A stretch of 12,915 bases of DNA from Pseudothermotoga sp. (lineage in GTDB: Bacteria > Thermotogota > Thermotogae > Thermotogales > DSM-5069), in NCBI GenBank assembly GCA_041640575.1, contig JBEPZZ010000049.1, positions 1 to 12,915 of the forward strand, read 5' to 3'. A program made the translations under genes and the position numbers. The notes under the pieces are model-generated. The model made no database searches, was not told the DNA's origin, and saw only the letters and a program-made list of their open reading frames with translations. Positions 7,631-12,915 of this stretch are shown here, piece after piece (position 1 is the first letter of the stretch; each line of letters starts with the position of its first letter).

Positions 7631-8235
7631 TTCTTCTCACTTCCTTTTTTGCGATTCAAAGAAATCGAAGCGAAAAGTGCCGCGAGCAAACCAAGTGTCA
7701 TGTAACCACCAGGCGGAAGAATCATTGCAAACATGTTGAAAGACTTTCCCCAAATCTGTACTCCAAATATCGTTCCAGAACCCAAAAGCTCTCTAATGCT
7801 TCCAAGCAAAACCAGCGATCCAGTGAACCCTAAACCGTTTCCAAGCCCGTCTAATGCAGAGTACCAGATGTTATTTCTCGATGCGAACGCTTCCGCTCGC
7901 CCCATGATTATGCAGTTCACAACAATCAAGGGTATGAACAATCCCAAAGTTTTCCAAAGTTCATAGGTAAAAGCATGCATAATAAGGTCGATTATAGTAA
8001 CGAAAGTTGCTATTACAACTATGAATATTGGTATCCTTAGGTTCTTCGGGACAGATTTTCTTATGGCTGAAATCACAATATTCGACATCGTTAAAACACT
8101 AGTTGCTGCAAGTCCCATACCTAAGCCATTTATCGCACTGGTTGTGACAGCTAAGGTTGGGCACATGCCAAGTACCTGCGCATAGGTTGGATTTTCCTTG
8201 AAAAACCCTTTTGTGAACTCCTTAACGGCACTCAT
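7627..8235 (-). CDS. rnfE: Rnf complex subunit E
   Basis: ENP...LGMCPTLAVT, RIPIFIVVIATFVT, LFIPLIVVNCIIMGRAEAFA, RELLGSG and LPPGG. ATGA overlap with rnfG. Confidence 0.95.
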   Translation of the reverse strand: MSAVKEFTKGFFKENPTYAQVLGMCPTLAVTTSAINGLGMGLAATSVLTMSNIVISAIRKSVPKNLRIPIFIVVIATFVTIIDLIMHAFTYELWKTLGLFIPLIVVNCIIMGRAEAFASRNNIWYSALDGLGNGLGFTGSLVLLGSIRELLGSGTIFGVQIWGKSFNMFAMILPPGGYMTLGLLAALFASISLNRKKGSEKK

Positions 8236-8900
8236 TTTTTCACCTCCGAGTGCAGGTACTCAATCATAGTACTTAGAGCATCTGCGACAGCTCTAGCCGT
8301 TATCGTAGCACCCGTCATAACATCACTCACCTTTGCGATCCCTTTACTTTTTGCTTCTTCAGGCGAAAGGTTTGTTGCACCGGCATCCTTGTCGACTAGA
8401 ATCCCGTTTTTTATAGCCTCGGCCGGCATAGGATAGAACCTTTCTTGGACTTCTTTCTCACCTATTCTTGCTCCTAATCCTGGGGTTTCATTGGCGTAAT
8501 TGGTAACCCGCATCGAAAAGAGTTCAAAGCCTTCGGGCTTTTCAACAAAACTTGCAACAATCTTCACGTAGCCCCCATAACCAATTCCGGCACCAGTCAG
8601 AACATATACGTTACCTGACGGGGAACTAAATTTATACACTGGTGCATAAACTTGTCCAAATGGGGTCGAAAATACGATACCATCTCCCTCAGCTTTGGAC
8701 AACGCAGATCTTATTTCGGATGTTGAAACAATGTAACTTCCTTTTTCATCCCTCAAAACCTGCTCGATTGCTCCGAGTTTTTCAGAAAGTTCAGTCTGTA
8801 AAATCCTTTCTCTTGTTGCAACATAAACAAGCCCAAGAGCCAACCCAGCGATCACGCAATACAAGAGTAAAATTAGTCCCATTCTGACATACTCTTTCAT
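8232..8900 (-). CDS. rnfG: Rnf complex subunit G (FMN-binding)
   Basis: N-terminal TM helix, GYGG, ETPGLG and the covalent FMN motif DVMTGATITARAV. ATGA overlap with rnfD. Confidence 0.93.
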   Translation of the reverse strand: MKEYVRMGLILLLYCVIAGLALGLVYVATRERILQTELSEKLGAIEQVLRDEKGSYIVSTSEIRSALSKAEGDGIVFSTPFGQVYAPVYKFSSPSGNVYVLTGAGIGYGGYVKIVASFVEKPEGFELFSMRVTNYANETPGLGARIGEKEVQERFYPMPAEAIKNGILVDKDAGATNLSPEEAKSKGIAKVSDVMTGATITARAVADALSTMIEYLHSEVKK

Positions 8901-9871
8901 AGTTTGACCTCCCCAAAGATCTTTGGCTTAAAGGCTCTATCGATTAGCGGTGTCAATGCATTCATCAATAGGATGGCAAGTGAAACCCCTTCCGGATAAC
9001 CTGCAAAAAACCTGATTATCATAGTTACAACTCCACAACCCAAACCGAATATCACTTGTCCTCTCACAGTCATGGGTGTTGTGACCATGTCAGTAGCCAT
9101 AAAAAGAGCCCCAAGCATGAGCCCGCCAGCAAGTATGTGGTATAAGGGTGTCCCAAATCTTCCAGGGTTGATAAAGTATGTGATTGCCGAGAAAAGGAAT
9201 ACGGTTCCAACATAAGTGATGGGAATCATTATTTTAATTCGTTTTCTGAAAAGCAAATACGCAAATCCAATTAAAAGCATTAAAGCACTTGTTTCTCCTA
9301 TGCACCCGCCAATATTTCCTAAAAAAAGGTCAAAATAGGAAAATCTGTTAATTGCTTCTGCAAAACCTTGTTGTTTCAACATACCAAGAGCAGTTGCACT
9401 AGTAATAGCATCCGGTGCGAAAGTTTTGAAAGAGGAGACGGGATTGATCCATTTTGTCATCAGAGTCGGAAATGAAATCAGCAGAAAGACCCTACCAACA
9501 AGAGCTGGGTTGAAGATGTTCTGACCTACACCACCAAAAGCCTGTTTCGCTATACCTATTGCAACTATGATACCTATCAACAAGAGCCACCAAGGCGCTG
9601 TTGGAGGAAGGTTCATAGCAAGCAATAAACCTGTGACAGCTGCGCTCAAGTCTGGTGAGAATTCTTTTTGTTTTCTCACAATCTTAGCTATGAACCACTC
9701 AAACAATTCACCAAATAAAGCACCAACGATACACAAAACTAACGCGTACCAACCAAAAAAGAGTGCGCCAGCTGCAACAGCCGGTGCGAGTGCAATTAGA
9801 ACATCAAGCATAATCTTTTTGACAGAGTCTTCGGTTCTAAGATGAGGAGCATCTTTGACGATCAGATTCAT
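8897..9871 (-). CDS. rnfD: Rnf complex subunit D
   Basis: APH, IMLDV..AL.P, DLSAAVTGLLLA..LPP, KQAFGGVGQNIFNPALVGR, FMN site DAITSATAL, GCIGETS, FMATD.VT.P and YPEGV. Confidence 0.96.
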   Translation of the reverse strand: MNLIVKDAPHLRTEDSVKKIMLDVLIALAPAVAAGALFFGWYALVLCIVGALFGELFEWFIAKIVRKQKEFSPDLSAAVTGLLLAMNLPPTAPWWLLLIGIIVAIGIAKQAFGGVGQNIFNPALVGRVFLLISFPTLMTKWINPVSSFKTFAPDAITSATALGMLKQQGFAEAINRFSYFDLFLGNIGGCIGETSALMLLIGFAYLLFRKRIKIMIPITYVGTVFLFSAITYFINPGRFGTPLYHILAGGLMLGALFMATDMVTTPMTVRGQVIFGLGCGVVTMIIRFFAGYPEGVSLAILLMNALTPLIDRAFKPKIFGEVKL

Positions 9872-11181
9872 TTTTTACCACCTCTTGTTGCTTGGTAAAC
9901 CTTCTTGGCAAGTTTGATGGCTCTAACATGCTCTATTTTCGATGGGCATACATAAGCACAAGCTCCACACTCTATACAGCTCATGAGGCCCTCCGAAGCT
10001 GCCGTATCGTACTTTCTTTTTGTTGAGAGATAATAAAGCAAATAAGGTTGCAAACCCATTGGGCACGCTCGGACACAATTGCTGCAACGTATACAGGTTT
10101 TTTGAACAAGAGTCTTTTCCTTAGTGAGAACTGTGATACCACTTGTACCCTTCATTATAGGTATATCAAGCCTACTTATGGCAATTCCAGTCATTGGTCC
10201 ACCAAGGATCACTCTTTCGGCTTCCTCTTTCAATCCGCCCGCAAAGTTCAACAAATATTCAACGGTTGTTCCTATACGGGCATAAACGTTCATTGGTTTT
10301 ACCACACCTTCACCACTTATAGTTAGAGCACGTTTCACAAGTGGTTTTCTATCTATTACAGCTTCCTTTATTGCAATAACAGTTTGAACATTTTGAACAA
10401 TGACTCCAACATCCAAAGGTAATCCACCAGTTGGCACCTTTCTACCAGTCAGGGCATAAATGAGCTGCTTTTCAGCACCCTGGGGATACTTAGTTTTAAG
10501 AAGTTTAACCTCTACGTTAGATTTTTCAAATTTTTTCAGGTGCTCATACGCGTCTATTTTATTAGATTCAATCCCTATATAGACTTTTTCCACGCCAAGT
10601 GTATTCGACACAATTTCAATTCCGATCATCAAATCCTCAACCCGTTCTAAAAGTAACCTGTAGTCCACCGTTAAATAAGGTTCGCATTCCGCACCGTTGA
10701 TAATGAGGATATCTATTTTTTTCCCCTGGGGTGGGCTTAGTTTCACATGGGTTGGGAACATTGCGCCACCAAGTCCGACTATGCCAGCTTTTTTAACAAT
10801 TTCAATCAATTGTTCTTTGCTCATATTTTTCCAATCTGTATCATGATCAAGAAGGCACCAATCATCCTCCGATGTTTTTTCAATAACTACTGTATCAATT
10901 GGTCTTCCTTGAATTGGATGATAAATTTTATCGATTTTTCTTACCACACCCGTTACCGGGGAATGAACATAAGCAGAAATGAATCCACCTGGTTCACCGA
11001 TAATTTGTCCAGTTTTAACTAAGTCACCTTCTTTCACCAAGCATTTTGCTGGAGCTCCTGCATGATTTGAAAGAAACACATACAAAATTTGTGGAGATGG
11101 TGCTTCAACAAGAGAAGCTTTGCTAGCCAGTTCTTTCATTTCAGGAGGGTGAGTTCCTCCTTTAAAGGTTAACAGCTTCAC
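9868..11181 (-). CDS. rnfC: Rnf complex subunit C (NADH/FMN-binding, 2x[4Fe-4S])
   Basis: GTG start with GGAGGTGA SD. Motifs FKGGTHP, AGIVGLGGAMFPTHVKL, INGAECEPYLT.D, YPQGAEK, GGPMTG, CIRCSNCVRACP and CIECGACAYVCP. Confidence 0.97.
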   Translation of the reverse strand: MKLLTFKGGTHPPEMKELASKASLVEAPSPQILYVFLSNHAGAPAKCLVKEGDLVKTGQIIGEPGGFISAYVHSPVTGVVRKIDKIYHPIQGRPIDTVVIEKTSEDDWCLLDHDTDWKNMSKEQLIEIVKKAGIVGLGGAMFPTHVKLSPPQGKKIDILIINGAECEPYLTVDYRLLLERVEDLMIGIEIVSNTLGVEKVYIGIESNKIDAYEHLKKFEKSNVEVKLLKTKYPQGAEKQLIYALTGRKVPTGGLPLDVGVIVQNVQTVIAIKEAVIDRKPLVKRALTISGEGVVKPMNVYARIGTTVEYLLNFAGGLKEEAERVILGGPMTGIAISRLDIPIMKGTSGITVLTKEKTLVQKTCIRCSNCVRACPMGLQPYLLYYLSTKRKYDTAASEGLMSCIECGACAYVCPSKIEHVRAIKLAKKVYQATRGGKK

Positions 11182-12086
11182 GATTTCACCTCCTGCCCTG
11201 AGGGGTTCTCGTTCAAAAGTGTATTTGTGTGAACGTTGTAAAGCCGGCCTCCAGGTCTTTCATTATAATAAGGCCTGGTACAATCCGGGCAACCGCTTGT
11301 GAGAAAAGCCTTTTGGTGATCTTCGGGCAAATCTTTAAAACCCTTTATCCAGTCTCCATCTATTATGATTGAATCTGCTTGATTGTGTAAGATAAGCCAT
11401 CTTGCCATTTGAATTTTTCGATATCTCTCCAAGGAGGGAGAAACATGATTTTCAAGTTGTGTACCTTTTATTGGTGTAAAAGCAAAAAGTCCAACCATAA
11501 CTCTTAATTCGTGCATTCTTTTGATTGTCTCAACAAGCTCACGATCTGTCTCGCCTAGTCCGACGATCAGATGAGTAGAAATACGGCCTGGGAAAAGGTT
11601 TGATGCTTCCTCAATTAGTTTCAGTAAACCTTTTAAATCTCCACCACGTATTTTTCTGAATAATCTTTCATTTGGAACATCTATCGCTATGCCAATTCTA
11701 TCTGTACCATTATCAAAATAGCTTGTTATTTCATGAAGGTTTTGTGCACGAACTGAAACTGATATTGGGATGTTCAACTGTTTCAGCATTCCCAGCAAAT
11801 TCAATAAGTCTTGCTGGTAATTTTGATAAGAAACTACTTGGAGGCAGATTCTAGAAAGGTCACTTTGACTAATCGCTTTTAAAATTTCTTCCAGTTTCGT
11901 ATCGATCCAGAGAATTCGACTGAGAAATTCTTGTCTTGAGAGTGATCTATGTGCGTGTGTACAATACAAGCAATTATATTGACATTTGCCATCAAGTAGC
12001 AAATATCCTGTTTTCAAACCTTCAGGTGTGGTACCCTTTCTGATTCCCAGCTTGTACAGTGTTCCTACCGAGACTCTGATGGTCAA
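11178..12086 (-). CDS. Radical SAM protein, biotin-synthase-related, LipS2-like
   Basis: TTG start with GGGAGGT SD. CxxxCxxC motif CQYNCLYC (11984-11961), then RICLQ, HLIVGLGE, LFAFTP.KGT and C-terminal TSGCPDCTRPYYNERP (TSGCPDCTRP at 11300-11271). Its stop overlaps the rnfC start (GTGA). Confidence 0.85.
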   Translation of the reverse strand: MTIRVSVGTLYKLGIRKGTTPEGLKTGYLLLDGKCQYNCLYCTHAHRSLSRQEFLSRILWIDTKLEEILKAISQSDLSRICLQVVSYQNYQQDLLNLLGMLKQLNIPISVSVRAQNLHEITSYFDNGTDRIGIAIDVPNERLFRKIRGGDLKGLLKLIEEASNLFPGRISTHLIVGLGETDRELVETIKRMHELRVMVGLFAFTPIKGTQLENHVSPSLERYRKIQMARWLILHNQADSIIIDGDWIKGFKDLPEDHQKAFLTSGCPDCTRPYYNERPGGRLYNVHTNTLLNENPSGQEVKS

Positions 12087-12094
12087 ATTGGCTA

Positions 12095-12370
12095 TTACCT
12101 CCCAGTTCTAAGCACAAAAACCTCCCCATTTTTCGAGAAAACTAAACAATTTTCATCTTCAATTATCTCAAATCCGTTCATATTTTTGCAAATCGTGTGC
12201 TCCACGAATTGTCTAACAAGTATGTTGACTGCTGTTCTTTTCGCCAAATCATACTCAAAGGCTTTAAAATTCAGCCTTTCGTATTGCTCAAGACTACTAA
12301 AGGCAAAACTGCAAGTGATTGAAAATATTAACACCCCAAGTAAGATATCAACCAAAACAAATCCTTTCAT
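12095..12370 (-). CDS. Small protein with a prepilin-type (class III signal) N-terminus, pseudopilin/minor pilin-like
   Basis: MKG|FVLVDILLGVLIFSITCSFAF: short basic leader, Gly-Phe cleavage site, acidic +5 residue (Asp) and a hydrophobic helix. ATGA overlap with the upstream gene; its 3' end contains the SD of the radical SAM gene. Confidence 0.65.
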   Translation of the reverse strand: MKGFVLVDILLGVLIFSITCSFAFSSLEQYERLNFKAFEYDLAKRTAVNILVRQFVEHTICKNMNGFEIIEDENCLVFSKNGEVFVLRTGR

Positions 12371-12915
12371 AGCATGAAAAAATATGAAAGAACCAGAATT
12401 ATTCCGAGTATCATTAACGTCAAGAGAAACGCTATCAACATATCCTGTTTCTCAAATCCAGATGTAGTCCTACTGGGAGTCTGACTAACAGGTCTAACAA
12501 CTGGTTTTTCTTCATTAAGCATTTGTTCTACCTTACTCTCCCATTGTTTGCTCTGAACTTGTGATACTTTTTCTTCAAATCTGGAATAATCACTCATAAC
12601 TCTTATTGACCTTGGAACAATAGCTTTTCCAGTAAGACCATCCCCAATGTCCACCTTTATAAGAAAATAATCTGTCTTCTTTCCTTTCACCAGTTCTTTT
12701 CCGATTAAAGTACCGGCTAGTGGGACGATGCTTGTACCCTGGGAAAAATGTTTAGGATAAAGGACTTTCAATCTCTCCAAATTCTCCGGATTTCGTACAT
12801 TCAGTATAACAAAAAAGATAGGATCGTTTAGGTCGAACTCAGCAATTGTTCTACCTCTTATTGGATCAACTAAAGGAAAGATTTCAGGCAAGTCAGCTAA
12901 GTCTGCCCTTCTAAG
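12367..12915 (-). CDS. Hypothetical protein with a C-terminal membrane anchor (possibly Thermotogota DUF4899-like), 5'-truncated by the window edge
   Basis: The frame stays open to the window end (LRRADLADLPEIFP...), so the TTG at 12891 is probably internal. A beta-rich domain is followed by a Pro/Ser/Thr/Gln linker and a terminal TM helix MLIAFLLTLMILGIILVLSYFFML. The DUF assignment is from recollection only. Confidence 0.65.
   Translation of the reverse strand, partial: LRRADLADLPEIFPLVDPIRGRTIAEFDLNDPIFFVILNVRNPENLERLKVLYPKHFSQGTSIVPLAGTLIGKELVKGKKTDYFLIKVDIGDGLTGKAIVPRSIRVMSDYSRFEEKVSQVQSKQWESKVEQMLNEEKPVVRPVSQTPSRTTSGFEKQDMLIAFLLTLMILGIILVLSYFFML

Noticed and set aside
6752..11181. Na+-NQR (nqrA-F) instead of Rnf
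   Set aside because: The first subunit has RnfC-type 2x[4Fe-4S] motifs, the last is an RnfB-type FeS protein, and there is no NqrF.
11178..12086. Canonical biotin synthase BioB or lipoyl synthase LipA
   Set aside because: It lacks the LipA Cx4Cx5C motif and the BioB YNHNL-type motif; the C-terminal GCPxCxRP points to the LipS2-like group.
6850..12377. Short alternative-frame or antisense ORFs within the rnf operon (e.g. 6850-7035, 7404-7586, 7455-7640, 7733-7966, 8642-8887, 9567-9845, 10048-10326, 10747-11022, 11672-11854, 12186-12377)
   Set aside because: They are shadow ORFs of conserved genes with no independent evidence.
1..12915. CRISPR array, tRNA/rRNA, riboswitch, intact transposase or prophage gene
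   Set aside because: No periodic repeats, recognisable structured-RNA signatures or mobile-element ORFs were seen by eye. An Rfam/Infernal scan of 6227-6751 would be the decisive check.

Overview
Core-metabolism region of an AT-rich bacterial chromosome, most likely Thermotogota (Pseudothermotoga/Thermotoga-like). That assignment rests on my recollection of Thermotoga AckA and on the rnfCDGEAB layout, not on a database search. The + strand carries a 5'-truncated class I PLP aminotransferase, an ABC exporter half-transporter with degenerate ATPase motifs, a secreted Ig-like/beta-helix protein and a TrmN6/YfiC-like methyltransferase. The - strand carries one tightly coupled operon: a tail-anchored hypothetical, a prepilin-like small protein, a LipS2-like radical SAM enzyme and rnfCDGEAB with an unusually short RnfB. 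A ~520-bp spacer holding a probable decayed reading frame separates this operon from ackA. No RNA genes, CRISPR arrays or intact mobile elements were seen. The best candidate for new biology is the LipS2-motif radical SAM gene and prepilin-like gene coupled to an Rnf complex whose RnfB lacks its ferredoxin domain.
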